This document shows positions 44,127-54,889 of a stretch of 64,000 nt of DNA, piece by piece. This stretch comes from a virus (taxonomy: Duplodnaviria; Caudoviricetes). The stretch lies in IMG/VR virus record IMGVR_UViG_3300050510_000109, positions 8,452-72,451 of that record, one strand, 5' to 3'. The translations under genes were made by a program, and so were the position numbers. Each line of letters opens with the position of its first letter. The stretch's first letter is position 1. The notes beneath the pieces are model-generated. The model worked only from the letters and a program-made list of their open reading frames with translations. It had not been told where the DNA came from and ran no database searches.

Positions 44127-45392
44127 ATGACCCAACCTGGAATTGGTGGCGGCGGATTTATGGGTCTTGCCATAGAAATGCTGACGCCACCAGTGATCGC
44201 GGGTACTGCTACTGCCGGTGGTGCGCTTACTGCTGGTGCGTACAAGTACTACGTTACTGCAACTAATGCCGTGGGAGAATCTACCGTCAGCAATGAGGTA
44301 ACTGTTACCACTTCTGCCGGTAACCTCACTGCACATATAACTTGGGTTGCTGTTCCTGGAGCAACTGGATACAAGATTTACCGTACCGCTGCTGCTGGCG
44401 CATCCAACTCGGAGCTGCTTCGGGCAACGGTAGGTAACGTGCTTCTGTATGACGACATTGCTGTTGGTGTTCCGTCCGGTGCCTTTCCTACCGTCAATAC
44501 CGCATTGGCATATGGAACATATACTGCACCAACGAAGTTCTTCCCGTTCAATACCGAATCGCTGAAGTTCGACCAGGCTACCGTGTGGCGTCGGCCTATT
44601 CGGCAAAGTGTTGACGTTCTTAGTGGTGTTCCAGGCAACGTTCATATCAATGGCGACATTGAAATGGAGGCGATGGAGGATGTGCTCATTTACTTTCTCC
44701 TTGCCTCGCGTGTTTCGGCCACAAAGACAGGCACCACTGACAAGGTTTATACCTTCGACCCAACGCCAAACGCTACCCCGGCGCTATCGCTCTCGTTGAC
44801 GGTTGTACGAAACAATGAGGTTTTCGGTTACGTCGGCTGCGTGGTAAGTTCGTTTACTTTCACACCAAGTGATGGTTTGCTCATGTTCAACGTGAGCATT
44901 ATCGGTAGTGACGAGACCGAGCAGTCGGCTCCATCGCCGGTTTACACCACGACAGAGCCGTTTGGTGCTGGCGAATACCAAGTCAGCATTGCAGCCACGC
45001 AGGTATTTGATACCGATACGTTCGAGTTCACTGTCAACGACAATGCTGAGCCACAGTTCCGGTTGAAGAACACTGGACGTGGTGCACAGTATGTCAAATT
45101 TGGTGAGCGGGAATGTACCATCACGATGGAGCGCGATTTCTTCAACCGTGATGATTACGACGCCTTCAAGTTGCTAACTGCGCAGGCGATTTTCCTTCGC
45201 GCGCAACGCTCTGCTACCAACTATGTTCAGATCAATGCGCCGGTCTCAATCAAGAACACCTACGAAGTGGGCTTGAGTGGGCAGGGTGATTTGGTTCGGG
45301 CATCGATTGAGTACATGAACGTTATTGACAGCAGCGGAAACTCGTACACCATCGAGGTCGGTACTCAACAGAATATTCCACAGGTGACGTGA
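44127..45392 (+). CDS. major tail tube protein with Fn3/Ig-like insertion
   Basis: position; YKYYVTATNAVGES...WVAVPGATGYKIYR. Confidence 0.8.
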   Translation: MTQPGIGGGGFMGLAIEMLTPPVIAGTATAGGALTAGAYKYYVTATNAVGESTVSNEVTVTTSAGNLTAHITWVAVPGATGYKIYRTAAAGASNSELLRATVGNVLLYDDIAVGVPSGAFPTVNTALAYGTYTAPTKFFPFNTESLKFDQATVWRRPIRQSVDVLSGVPGNVHINGDIEMEAMEDVLIYFLLASRVSATKTGTTDKVYTFDPTPNATPALSLSLTVVRNNEVFGYVGCVVSSFTFTPSDGLLMFNVSIIGSDETEQSAPSPVYTTTEPFGAGEYQVSIAATQVFDTDTFEFTVNDNAEPQFRLKNTGRGAQYVKFGERECTITMERDFFNRDDYDAFKLLTAQAIFLRAQRSATNYVQINAPVSIKNTYEVGLSGQGDLVRASIEYMNVIDSSGNSYTIEVGTQQNIPQVT

Positions 45393-45913
45393 TGTCTAAC
45401 AGAAACGCAAAGCTATTCGAGTCTGTCTCGTACCGTAATGCTGCGGGCGAGACAACTGACGTGGTGGTTACTGCCATTCAGGGTTCAGCTCCATCTAACG
45501 CAGGATTTACCGCAACTCCCTCTGCTTCAGGTGGAACCCTGGCCAGTGCTACGTATTCATACAGAATTTCGCTTGTGGTGAATACGGTGGAGACACCTGC
45601 AAGTACAGCAAAGACTGCGGTGGTTACCGGTCCTACCGGCTCGGTTGCCATCGACGCCACCGTTATGCTTGCGGCAAATCCACTGGCAACTTCGTGGAAG
45701 CTTTTTGGTCGTACTGGAGGTACAGAAGCTCTGATTGCCACTACGGCTAGGGCAACTCCTACTTTTACCGATACCGGTGCGGTTACCCCGTCAGGTGCGG
45801 TAAAAGCTGCTACTGGAGCTATTGCGGCCAAAAACCGTGGGACCAGAGCAACGCTTACACAGATTCCCAAGGCAACAGCCGCAAAGCAGACAAACGTTTA
45901 CTACCACGTGTAG
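45389..45913 (+). CDS. tail accessory protein, Fn3-like module
   Basis: resembles the insertion in the major tail protein. Confidence 0.6.
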   Translation: MMSNRNAKLFESVSYRNAAGETTDVVVTAIQGSAPSNAGFTATPSASGGTLASATYSYRISLVVNTVETPASTAKTAVVTGPTGSVAIDATVMLAANPLATSWKLFGRTGGTEALIATTARATPTFTDTGAVTPSGAVKAATGAIAAKNRGTRATLTQIPKATAAKQTNVYYHV

Positions 45914-45920
45914 GTGAGTT

Positions 45921-46673
45921 ATGGTCGCCGAGCGATTGATTGGCAATGCAACCATAGATCAATCACTCGCCATTGATAATACAAATAGGCAACTAGGTTG
46001 GAACTTCAAGACGAGTGCAGCGGGCAAAGTAGTAACACGTGCATTTGTTAGAATTCCACCCTCAGGTGGTTTTGTAGCTGGATCTTTTTGGCAGTTGTGG
46101 AAACGGGCAGCTCCCATCTCAGCATCCACGAGATTACAGAATATAGATATCTCTGGGATAACGGGAGCTTCCGGTTCCTGGTCAGTAGTACCAGGAGTTT
46201 CCAGTACAGCTCTGTTACAAGATAACTTTTACTTTACCACCATTTTTATGCCTCACACGGACCCTGGAGTATATCTATTCAAGAGTGGGTTTGGTAACCC
46301 GACAAGCGGGTCATTATCGGGCAACTGTATTTTTAAGAACACTATCGATACCACACCAAACCCTGATACGATCGCTCCGGACGACGAGACATTCGCCAAC
46401 GGTGCCTTCGCCGTTGACATAGAGATAGACAACGCTGGAGGTTCATCCATGGCAGGAGGTTGGCTCCCGAAGGTTGGACGCCACTGTATATATCTGCAAC
46501 AGAAGACTGTTGGTGGCAATACCCAATATGTCAAACGTCGTCCAGCTATAATCACTGCTGTTGCCGGAGTCAATGTCACTGTACGTATAGTCCACTCTGG
46601 CGAAACCTACGCAGGAGTTGTCCCTCGGACAGATCCAGATTCCAATTCCGTTGGAATTTACGTCTCTTACTAG
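45921..46673 (+). CDS. putative carbohydrate-binding virion protein
   Basis: beta-rich; LGWNFKTSAAGKV. Confidence 0.5.
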   Translation: MVAERLIGNATIDQSLAIDNTNRQLGWNFKTSAAGKVVTRAFVRIPPSGGFVAGSFWQLWKRAAPISASTRLQNIDISGITGASGSWSVVPGVSSTALLQDNFYFTTIFMPHTDPGVYLFKSGFGNPTSGSLSGNCIFKNTIDTTPNPDTIAPDDETFANGAFAVDIEIDNAGGSSMAGGWLPKVGRHCIYLQQKTVGGNTQYVKRRPAIITAVAGVNVTVRIVHSGETYAGVVPRTDPDSNSVGIYVSY

Positions 46674-46682
46674 GAGGACGCC

Positions 46683-46838
46683 ATGGACATCCTAGCATTG
46701 ATTCTAATAATTGGTGCACTCGTGTGCTTCATTGTTGAAACTGTCCGGTCCGGATTTAGCCTGCTTGCTCTTGGTTTAGCTTGTTTGGCCGGTTATTTTC
46801 TTATCATCGCAGTTAATGCGCTTGGCGCTGGAGGTTAG
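46683..46838 (+). CDS. 51-aa two-helix membrane protein
   Basis: AGGAGG RBS; MDILALILIIGALVCFIVE...LLALGLACLAGYFLII. Confidence 0.6.
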   Translation: MDILALILIIGALVCFIVETVRSGFSLLALGLACLAGYFLIIAVNALGAGG

Positions 46839-46845
46839 GTACAAA

Positions 46846-47229
46846 ATGCCCGTTGCTGTTGTAATCCAAAACACACAAGAATTCAAGCTTAAGTCTTGTC
46901 AAGGTGGCGTAGTCGAAATTCGACGGATGACTTTCGGTGAGTCGCTGATTCGTAAGGACATGATGGCTTCTGTTGCCATGGAAATGCAGAACAGATCCAA
47001 GGGCAACGAGTCCATGAAGATTCAGATGGATCTGTTGCAGGAGAAGACTACACTTTGGGAATTCTCGAATCTGGTGATGAAGCACAACCTCACCGATGCC
47101 AATGAGAAGCTGCTGGACTTCAAAAACCCAGCGCACGTCAAGGCGTTGGAGGGTAAGATCGGCGACGAAATTCAGCAATACATCAACGAGCTAAACTCTT
47201 TCGAAGAGGATGAAGAGATAAAAAACTAG
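46846..47229 (+). CDS. tail assembly chaperone (gpG-like)
   Basis: upstream of tape measure; slippery A AAA AAC before the stop. Confidence 0.8.
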   Translation: MPVAVVIQNTQEFKLKSCQGGVVEIRRMTFGESLIRKDMMASVAMEMQNRSKGNESMKIQMDLLQEKTTLWEFSNLVMKHNLTDANEKLLDFKNPAHVKALEGKIGDEIQQYINELNSFEEDEEIKN

Positions 47230-47447
47230 CTAGGCGGCTCAGAGCTGCCATCCTGACAAAAGCCAAAAAAGTTGATATAGATGTTAGCTTGATAATTCAG
47301 CTGATAAATGACTGCCAGGAATTTGGTGTAATGCCCAGACCTGGCGGTTTATTACAGCAAGATGCGTTGTTCATGCATCTGTTCCATGGCGTTCAGGAAG
47401 CTAGGGCCACCAGGGCTGAATTGGATAACCCAAAGCCAAAGACGTAA
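47220..47447 (+). CDS. -1 frameshift extension of tail chaperone (gpT-like)
   Basis: open -1 frame LARRLRAA...MPRPGGLLQQD...KT stop. Confidence 0.75.
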   Translation, partial: KKLARRLRAAILTKAKKVDIDVSLIIQLINDCQEFGVMPRPGGLLQQDALFMHLFHGVQEARATRAELDNPKPKT

Positions 47448-47455
47448 GGTGCTAA

Positions 47456-50215
47456 ATGGCAATTACCCGTGATCTATGGATTGTGCTTCGGGCTCGCGAC
47501 GAAGCCAGCAGGATCATACGCTCATTTGGCCAGAACGTTTCCGGAGCAGCAAATAGTGCTGCCTCTAACATGACTAATTTCGAACGTACCATGCAGAGTC
47601 TAGGATTGAGGTTGCAGCAATTTGCTATGACCTCAATGCTAGCCGGTACGGCTCTTGCCGGTATGGGCGCGGCAGGAATTGCATTTCTTAAGTCTGCCTC
47701 AGATGTTGCCGTGGCGTACGAAAAGCAAGTCCGTGCCACCAAAACTCAGGTCGATGACATAACAGTAAGTCTGGATGATCTGGCTGCGGTGGGTAGAAGA
47801 GTTGCCCGCGAGGTAGAGATTCCGTTCGAGCAGATGCAAGATACTCTGTTCTTCATCTTCTCTTCTATGAATGTTACCTTAGCTGAGTCCGAACAATTGC
47901 TGAAAGGTTTTGCTAAGGAGGCAGTTGCTGGTCAAACCAGCATTGAGAACGCTGCTCGATCTAACATTGCCATTATGAACTCATTAGGTCTTACAACCAA
48001 AGATCTAGGTAGAATTCAAGATGTGCAGTTTCAAGTAGTTCGTAAAGGTGTTATTACCTACGAGGAACTTTCCAACGTTATTGGTCGAGCCCTGCCCGCT
48101 GCTGCCCGTTCAGGACAGTCGATAGAGACGCTGGGCGCCATGATGGCGTTCCTTACCCGTAACGGTCTGTCCGCTGCTATGGCGTCGGCTTCTGCCGCGC
48201 GAGCGTTGGAATCTTTTGCCCACCCGACGACAGTCAAACGACTTGAGCAGATTGGTATTACAGTTAGAGATGCCAAGGGCGAATTCTTGCCCTTGCTCGA
48301 CGTTATGACTCAAATGAACAAAAAGCTGAAAGATATGGCGCAACCTGAGCGAGCCAAATTCTTCCAGGAATTGTTCAAAGGCGCGGGTGGTACCATCCAG
48401 GCCAGGCGTTTTTGGGATACAGCATTTAAGAACTTTGACGATTTCACCGAGATGATGGGGTTCATGACCAACTCATCTGGTGTGTTCGAAAATGCTTATG
48501 AAAACATGGCCAACAGTGTGGCCAACAAGTCTGTATTGCTTGAGAACAAGTGGATGCTCATCAAGGAAACTCTTGGTCGAGCAGTTATGCCACACTTGCT
48601 CAAGCTTATGGATCTGTTGGGTCAGGTGATGGATTGGTTTGATCGCCTTCCTGAGCCAACAAAGAACATGATTGCACAGTTTATTCTGTGGGGATCAATA
48701 ATAGCTATTGCTGTTGGTGCACTGATGATTCTTATTGGTGTGTTGGCGTTCTTTGTTTCTGGTGTCATGCTGGCGGGCGAGGCACTGATAATTATTCTGG
48801 CTGCGCTAGTTGGGGTAACTGCGGCAGTCATTGGGCTAGGTGCTGGGTTCTATTACGCTTGGCAAAGAGCCGAAGAATTCCGAGCGATAATATCTGACGT
48901 TGGTCAGATCTTGAAGGATCTGTGGCAAGGCGTAGTTAATGTTGCTCAGGACATTCAGAAGTCTTTCGATGATAAGGTACGACCAGCACTGGAACACCTG
49001 TGGGAAGTAGTTGAAACTAAGGTTTTGCCTGCGGTCAGGGAATTCATTCGGATGTGGAAGGAAGAGGTATTCCCTAAGCTTCAGGAAGCTGGTCGGATAA
49101 TCAAGGACATGGTCGTCAAGACCTTTGAGCTTGTTGCTGAAACCATTGAGAATTACATCATCCCAGCGATAAATAAGCTTACTGAGTGGTGGGAGAAAAA
49201 CGGCGACACTCTTCGTCCGTTGCTGGCTTACTTCGGTGAGCTGGTCAAGTGGCTGCTCATTGTTGGCGCAGCGTTGGTCTTGGCACCAATCATTGCCTTC
49301 TTCACTGCCATCGCAGCAATAATCATTGCGGTCTACAACTTTATTGAATCTCTCAAGACCTTGTGGAGTTGGATCACTACAGCGTTCAATGCGGTGGTCA
49401 GTTTCTTCAAGGGAATGATTGACTTCATTGTTAGCTTTGTTACTGGAGTTTACAATACAGTTGACCAAGCCCTGCGACCACTGACCAACCTGATCAAGGC
49501 AGTGTTCGGTTTGATATTTGAAATCATCAGGTTCTTCACCGTTCTGGCCCGCGAAGTTATCAAGGACTGGATCATTCCATTTGTCAAAGACTTCATCGAC
49601 GGTTTCATGAAGCTCTACAACATGGTGTCGAAGTTTGTCATGGATATCTACACAACCATCAGAGATTTCTTCGCCAAGATATTTGGTGAGGCGGAAAAAC
49701 AAGGCAAGCCATTCTTCGATGTTATTGCCAAAATTTGGAATGACCTGAAGCAGTACATCAAGGGCACGATTGATGGCATTGTCAAGCTCTTCGCTGACGC
49801 AGGCAAGTGGCTTTTCGAGGCAGGCAAGAACATCATTACCGGTCTGCTCAACGGTATTACCGAGAAGATTAATGACCTGAAGAAGAAGCTCAAAGAGATA
49901 ACCGACATGATCCCGAAGATTAAGGGACCAAAGTCTGTTGACCTTCAACTTCTGGTCCCAGTTGGTAAGAACATCATGCAGGGATTCATGAACGGTATCG
50001 AAAGTCAGATACCAATGATAAAGGCTCAGCTTCAGGGCATAACCGCACAAATTGGTGGGCTGTCCGTACCAACGCTTACCATGCCAACACCAGCCTTCGC
50101 CGGTACTCCGGTACAGCAAAAGAACATCACGCAAAACATAACTGTCAACACGCAAGAAATTAATCCCAGAATTCAAGCCGAGCAATTGGGCTTCGAACTT
50201 GGCGATAGGCTATGA
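47456..50215 (+). CDS. tape measure protein
   Basis: 919 aa, helical periodic W/F repeats, position. Confidence 0.93.
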   Translation: MAITRDLWIVLRARDEASRIIRSFGQNVSGAANSAASNMTNFERTMQSLGLRLQQFAMTSMLAGTALAGMGAAGIAFLKSASDVAVAYEKQVRATKTQVDDITVSLDDLAAVGRRVAREVEIPFEQMQDTLFFIFSSMNVTLAESEQLLKGFAKEAVAGQTSIENAARSNIAIMNSLGLTTKDLGRIQDVQFQVVRKGVITYEELSNVIGRALPAAARSGQSIETLGAMMAFLTRNGLSAAMASASAARALESFAHPTTVKRLEQIGITVRDAKGEFLPLLDVMTQMNKKLKDMAQPERAKFFQELFKGAGGTIQARRFWDTAFKNFDDFTEMMGFMTNSSGVFENAYENMANSVANKSVLLENKWMLIKETLGRAVMPHLLKLMDLLGQVMDWFDRLPEPTKNMIAQFILWGSIIAIAVGALMILIGVLAFFVSGVMLAGEALIIILAALVGVTAAVIGLGAGFYYAWQRAEEFRAIISDVGQILKDLWQGVVNVAQDIQKSFDDKVRPALEHLWEVVETKVLPAVREFIRMWKEEVFPKLQEAGRIIKDMVVKTFELVAETIENYIIPAINKLTEWWEKNGDTLRPLLAYFGELVKWLLIVGAALVLAPIIAFFTAIAAIIIAVYNFIESLKTLWSWITTAFNAVVSFFKGMIDFIVSFVTGVYNTVDQALRPLTNLIKAVFGLIFEIIRFFTVLAREVIKDWIIPFVKDFIDGFMKLYNMVSKFVMDIYTTIRDFFAKIFGEAEKQGKPFFDVIAKIWNDLKQYIKGTIDGIVKLFADAGKWLFEAGKNIITGLLNGITEKINDLKKKLKEITDMIPKIKGPKSVDLQLLVPVGKNIMQGFMNGIESQIPMIKAQLQGITAQIGGLSVPTLTMPTPAFAGTPVQQKNITQNITVNTQEINPRIQAEQLGFELGDRL

Positions 50216-50216
50216 G

Positions 50217-51077
50217 ATGCCACTGACTGAGGATCTTACGTTTATGCTTGGGAGTACTGGAGTTGTATTAAACTCCAGTACCTCGGGTGTGCCATTCATC
50301 GATGTCCTGTCGGTTATTGGATTGGATAATGCTCCCTATCGTGAGACCAGACGAGAGCATGAAGGTACCGATGGTGGCTTCATGGATGCTGAGTTTGAGC
50401 GAGGCAGAGACGTACTGATAAATGCAGAGATCTATGCTGATTCAAGTAGCATGGAAGACTACTTGGATTCGTTGAAAGAGAACTATGCGCCCAGCACATC
50501 GGTAATACCCTTCTACTTCAAGGCTCCAGGTGTGGACGAGCGACTTGTCTATGTGAAGCCGTTAGGGGTAAAGTACGATTGGGAGCAGATCCGTAGAATT
50601 GGTCAGGCCAAGGCGCAGTTCAAGATGTTCGCGGAAGATCCCAGGATCTATGCAGCAACGGAAACAAGTACTAACATTCCCTTCTCTGCTGGTGCGCTGA
50701 CTGGTTTTGGATTCAACCTTAGCTTCAACTTTGGTTTCGGTGGTGCAGCCACTACAGATGGAGCTATCGTCACCAACACAGGCAACAGATCCACTCCAGC
50801 AACATTTACCATAACCGGTCCTTGCGATGGACCGTCAATACGAGACGAAACCTACGGGCATATATTAGCTTTTAACACGTCCTTGGCTGCGGGTGAGACA
50901 CTAGTTATTGACACGCAGTTCAAGACAGTAAGACTAAATGGAACTACCAACAGGCGTAACACAATGACCAACTTTGATTGGTTCTCGCTGCAACCCGGTG
51001 AGACTTTCATACGCTACGGAGCTTCCGTCGGTACTGGAAGTTCGCTAAACGTAAGATTCCGTTCGGCTTGGAGATAG
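50217..51077 (+). CDS. distal tail protein (Dit-like)
   Basis: follows tape measure; FKMFAEDPRIY, WFSLQPGE. Confidence 0.78.
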   Translation: MPLTEDLTFMLGSTGVVLNSSTSGVPFIDVLSVIGLDNAPYRETRREHEGTDGGFMDAEFERGRDVLINAEIYADSSSMEDYLDSLKENYAPSTSVIPFYFKAPGVDERLVYVKPLGVKYDWEQIRRIGQAKAQFKMFAEDPRIYAATETSTNIPFSAGALTGFGFNLSFNFGFGGAATTDGAIVTNTGNRSTPATFTITGPCDGPSIRDETYGHILAFNTSLAAGETLVIDTQFKTVRLNGTTNRRNTMTNFDWFSLQPGETFIRYGASVGTGSSLNVRFRSAWR

Positions 51078-51081
51078 CAGA

Positions 51082-52245
51082 ATGACAATTCAGAACCCGC
51101 CTGGCTGGATTCAAGCGCTGAGTACACACACCGCAGCTCAGTTGCGGACGTATCTGGCTTCTTTCCAAGCTGGCGGATTTCCCGATAACACTTCCCTTCG
51201 TGCCAGGGGTGGGGTTCATCCTACGTTAGGTAACCATTTCTTGGTTGCCCAAGCTGGCTCGCCAAACATGACGGTAATCGTTTCGTCTGGTGTTTGTTCT
51301 ATACCTGGATCGGAAAACTCACTGCAAGGTAACTATATTGCAGTTAATGATGCTCCAGTAACGCTGTCAATTTCGGCGGCACATGCGTCGCTGGCAAGAA
51401 TTGACATTGTTGTCGTTAACGTCAGAGATGCACAATACAGTGGCGTAAGCAATGATGTGCAGCTTCAGGTAATTACTGGTACCCCTGCATCGAGCCCGGC
51501 TGTTCCTACTGCTCCAGCTAATTCGATAACTATTGCGCAGATAGCCGTGGGCGCTGGTGTGACCTCTATCGTTACCGCAAATATCACGGACACCAGAGAT
51601 TACATGACTGCTACTGGTGGTGTGATGCAGATCCGCAACCTTGCGGCTGCTCCATCATCGTCCATTATACAAGAAGGCCAGCTTCTTTGGGCGATGGACA
51701 CCAACACTCTGTATCTGCATGATGGATCTGCCAACAACCAAGTGTATCCGCACGCAGTAACACAGTTTGTTCGCAAGACTGCTGACGAGACGATAAACAA
51801 CTCTGCTTCGCAACAAGATGATGACCATCTCACTTTACCAATTGCTGCCAACACTACCTACACCTTTGAAGTCTATTGTTCGATAAACGTGTTCAGTGCT
51901 AACGGTTGGAAAGCTGGGTTCTCATTCCCGTCAAGTCCGACTGAAGTCTCTTGGATGCAATTTGGACCTTTGGCAAATGGTGATGGTGGTAACTCTTCTG
52001 GTTCTCAACAAGCACACTGGACATCTGGTGCTCTGGGACAAACTTCGTCTCCAGCGTCGTCGGCTGCCAATACCGGTGGTTTGAGTCAGGGTACTGCTTT
52101 CGATACATGGCACTGGATAAAAGGTCACATCGTTAATGGAGCTAACGCAGGCAACTTGCGGCTCCGTTGGGCAATGAATGCTGCTTCGGGAAACAACTTG
52201 ATTGTGCGAACCAACTCATGGATGGAAGTTAGGAGAATTGGATAA
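51082..52245 (+). CDS. minor tail/baseplate protein
   Basis: ARIDIVVVNVRDAQYSG...ITIAQIAV...ITDTR. Confidence 0.7.
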   Translation: MTIQNPPGWIQALSTHTAAQLRTYLASFQAGGFPDNTSLRARGGVHPTLGNHFLVAQAGSPNMTVIVSSGVCSIPGSENSLQGNYIAVNDAPVTLSISAAHASLARIDIVVVNVRDAQYSGVSNDVQLQVITGTPASSPAVPTAPANSITIAQIAVGAGVTSIVTANITDTRDYMTATGGVMQIRNLAAAPSSSIIQEGQLLWAMDTNTLYLHDGSANNQVYPHAVTQFVRKTADETINNSASQQDDDHLTLPIAANTTYTFEVYCSINVFSANGWKAGFSFPSSPTEVSWMQFGPLANGDGGNSSGSQQAHWTSGALGQTSSPASSAANTGGLSQGTAFDTWHWIKGHIVNGANAGNLRLRWAMNAASGNNLIVRTNSWMEVRRIG

Positions 52246-52493
52246 TGGCTAAGCATACTTACGGTTTTGACATGTCTCATGATGAAGAAGATGCTAAGCA
52301 AATTGCTGTACAGAAGTGCAAGGCTGATGGATTCCTTCTGCTTGATAGTGAGTTTGAGGTGGAAGTTGTTCACAGCGAAGAGTTAGACGCAAATAACGAG
52401 TTTCACGTAGTGATACGATCTGACCGCGAAGGCCATGTAATGCCAATTCCAACAGAAGTTGTACCGCTTGAGGCTGAGCCAAAAGATGCCTAA
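52245..52493 (+). CDS. hypothetical tail-module protein
   Basis: ORF track. Confidence 0.55.
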   Translation: MAKHTYGFDMSHDEEDAKQIAVQKCKADGFLLLDSEFEVEVVHSEELDANNEFHVVIRSDREGHVMPIPTEVVPLEAEPKDA

Positions 52494-53556
52494 TGTCTCT
52501 TATATATTTGGTGACGTTCTCACCGGAGGGATAATTGAGGAGATCTCCCTCCAAGGTGTGTCAATGACCCGTGGGTTTGGTCAGGGTGAGCTGCGTGGTT
52601 CATTTCAGTTAGACCAAACTGGCAAAAACAATAGCGACTTGATGTCCGCCACAGAAGAGGGCAGAAGCTTCGTCATATGTACCCGCGACACCCAACCAGT
52701 ATGGGGCGGCATCGTATGGACGAGGACATATCAAAGTCAAGCAAAGGTGTACGAACTTTACTGCAAGGCTTTTGAGCATTACCCAGAAAATAGGATTATG
52801 CTCGAAGACTTCTCTAGCACCAACATAGAACAGCGAGTAATATTTTTGGATCTGTGGGCGACAATGATGGCAGATCCAAACAGCCTACAGGTAACTCTGC
52901 CTGCAACCCCTGCTACGGTAGTACCAAAGACGCTAGATGTAAAAGGTGTTGAGTATAAGAAGTTCCGACAGGCGATGGATTCAATCTCCAACGGAGATGA
53001 TGGGTTTGACTGGACCATCGACATAGCTCTGGTTGGTGGAGTATTCACCAAAACATTGCGGATTGGTTATCCCACCTTGGGTTCGGTGGAGCCGCAGGTA
53101 TTGTATTACGATGGTGAAATCACCAACTATTGGAACAATGGCACCATGGGCGGGCGTGCCACTCATCTTTATGGCGTGGGAGCTGGTGAAGGATCTGCGG
53201 GCTTGGTCCAGGAAGTTATCCATACCGATTTAGTAAGTGCTGGATTCCCAAGATACGATTTAGCACTCAGCTATAAGGACATAACTGACGCTACCATTCT
53301 TTCCAGCCTAACTGCACAAGCAGCTAGATTCCGAAAAGCTGGCGTTCCCATCTATACAATAGAAGTCAAGGGGGATTTGGAACCTCAGTTTGGTAGCTAC
53401 GGCCTAGGTGACCGGGTACAAATACACTTCAATGATCCATCACACATTGGAACAAATTCGGTTTACGAATCCAGAATTGTCGGTTGGGAATACTATCCGC
53501 CAAGCGATGACCATGTTGAGTATGCCAGACTTGTGTTTGAAGGTGATTTCTCATGA
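52486..53556 (+). CDS. baseplate hub/Tal-like minor tail protein
   Basis: PVWGGIVWTR, YGLGDRVQI, RIVGWE; start trimmed. Confidence 0.72.
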   Translation: MPNVSYIFGDVLTGGIIEEISLQGVSMTRGFGQGELRGSFQLDQTGKNNSDLMSATEEGRSFVICTRDTQPVWGGIVWTRTYQSQAKVYELYCKAFEHYPENRIMLEDFSSTNIEQRVIFLDLWATMMADPNSLQVTLPATPATVVPKTLDVKGVEYKKFRQAMDSISNGDDGFDWTIDIALVGGVFTKTLRIGYPTLGSVEPQVLYYDGEITNYWNNGTMGGRATHLYGVGAGEGSAGLVQEVIHTDLVSAGFPRYDLALSYKDITDATILSSLTAQAARFRKAGVPIYTIEVKGDLEPQFGSYGLGDRVQIHFNDPSHIGTNSVYESRIVGWEYYPPSDDHVEYARLVFEGDFS

Positions 53557-54293
53557 GCGATAGGTATGAATCCAATCCTCTCAGACGCCGTGGTCGTCCG
53601 GATATTGTTGAGCACATTAAAGATCTCAGTGAACGACTTGGTACGTCTGAGGTTGGACTGAGAATTGGTCACACATCGATTGAAGATGGTGACCTGATCG
53701 TGCTTAACGGTGACATCAGGGTTGCCGAATCTGATGGAACTACTGTGCTTCGTATTTTGCATGGAAGCACTCCGGAGATCCGGATGTACCCCTTGGGGGA
53801 CACGGACACCCACGAAATTGCCATCTTTGGTTTCGACTTCGGAACACCACCTGACACCGATCAAGCCATGATGTTCCAGGTGGAACGAATAGCTGATTTC
53901 TTCCAAGATGGTGGCAAGCTGTTCTTCACCAGAAAATATGCAATTATGTCTCACCTGGCTTTTGGTGGAGAAGAGACATATGTGTGGTGTAGTGCAGATG
54001 CAGTACTTCCAGAAATTCTTTTGTTCCGAGGAAAGCTTCGGGACTCTTGGCAATACGATACGCGCCAAACCTTTTATCCTGGTACGTTGACTGCGAGTGC
54101 GGGGTTTTCTACTTGGACACATACGTACTTCAGTGCCTTTGCTGACCAAATGCTCCCAATTGTTACTGTGGTACAATCCGGTTCGGTGAACACTTGGGGA
54201 CTAGATGGCTTTTCTACTTCAGCATTCACCGTAAGGTTCGGTAGCACTTCAGGTAGCAAAGTAGTTAACTTTTGGGTGGTGAGATGTAGCTAA
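53553..54293 (+). CDS. minor tail protein
   Basis: ATGA overlap; position. Confidence 0.6.
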   Translation: MSDRYESNPLRRRGRPDIVEHIKDLSERLGTSEVGLRIGHTSIEDGDLIVLNGDIRVAESDGTTVLRILHGSTPEIRMYPLGDTDTHEIAIFGFDFGTPPDTDQAMMFQVERIADFFQDGGKLFFTRKYAIMSHLAFGGEETYVWCSADAVLPEILLFRGKLRDSWQYDTRQTFYPGTLTASAGFSTWTHTYFSAFADQMLPIVTVVQSGSVNTWGLDGFSTSAFTVRFGSTSGSKVVNFWVVRCS

Positions 54294-54889
54294 TGAGAGA
54301 TATGAAGGTTATCTGTTCCAGATTCAATGAACAAGTCGATCGAATAGAAGTTGTCCGTGAGATAACCAACGACGATGGCTCAGTTGAATACAACTGCCTT
54401 TCTCTGCCATCCAACCGCCTCGAATGGATATCTGCGGAGTACGGAATCGATGATGCAGACGAGTTGGCAGAAATTGCTGTATATGAGTCGTTCATGCCGC
54501 CTGCCGACACGTATAAGGATGAAGTTACCGCGCGCAACCAGGTGAGAACTGGAGTGACGGTACTTAAAGCCAGACTTGGTCCTACGACTCCGGCCAACAA
54601 CAAAGTGACACTGAAGTCGCGATTGCAAGCGGCAGGCATTCCCCGAGAATTTGTCGATGCAGTTGATGACAATGCAATTGATGTAATAAAAAGACACTCG
54701 AACATCGATGCTGGTGCTGTAACGAAAAAGCGGAAATTGATTCGATCGAAGAGACTGGGCGAAGCTGTATCAGATTACCCATCGCCTTCGGAATCGGTTC
54801 CAGGAAAAGATCGTCTGCCAGCACAGGCGGCAAGGTCAATGGTTAAATTGCCCACTATTCAAATGGCAAAAGGTAAACGAATTGGGTGA
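54293..54889 (+). CDS. hypothetical protein
   Basis: ORF track. Confidence 0.6.
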   Translation: MRDMKVICSRFNEQVDRIEVVREITNDDGSVEYNCLSLPSNRLEWISAEYGIDDADELAEIAVYESFMPPADTYKDEVTARNQVRTGVTVLKARLGPTTPANNKVTLKSRLQAAGIPREFVDAVDDNAIDVIKRHSNIDAGAVTKKRKLIRSKRLGEAVSDYPSPSESVPGKDRLPAQAARSMVKLPTIQMAKGKRIG

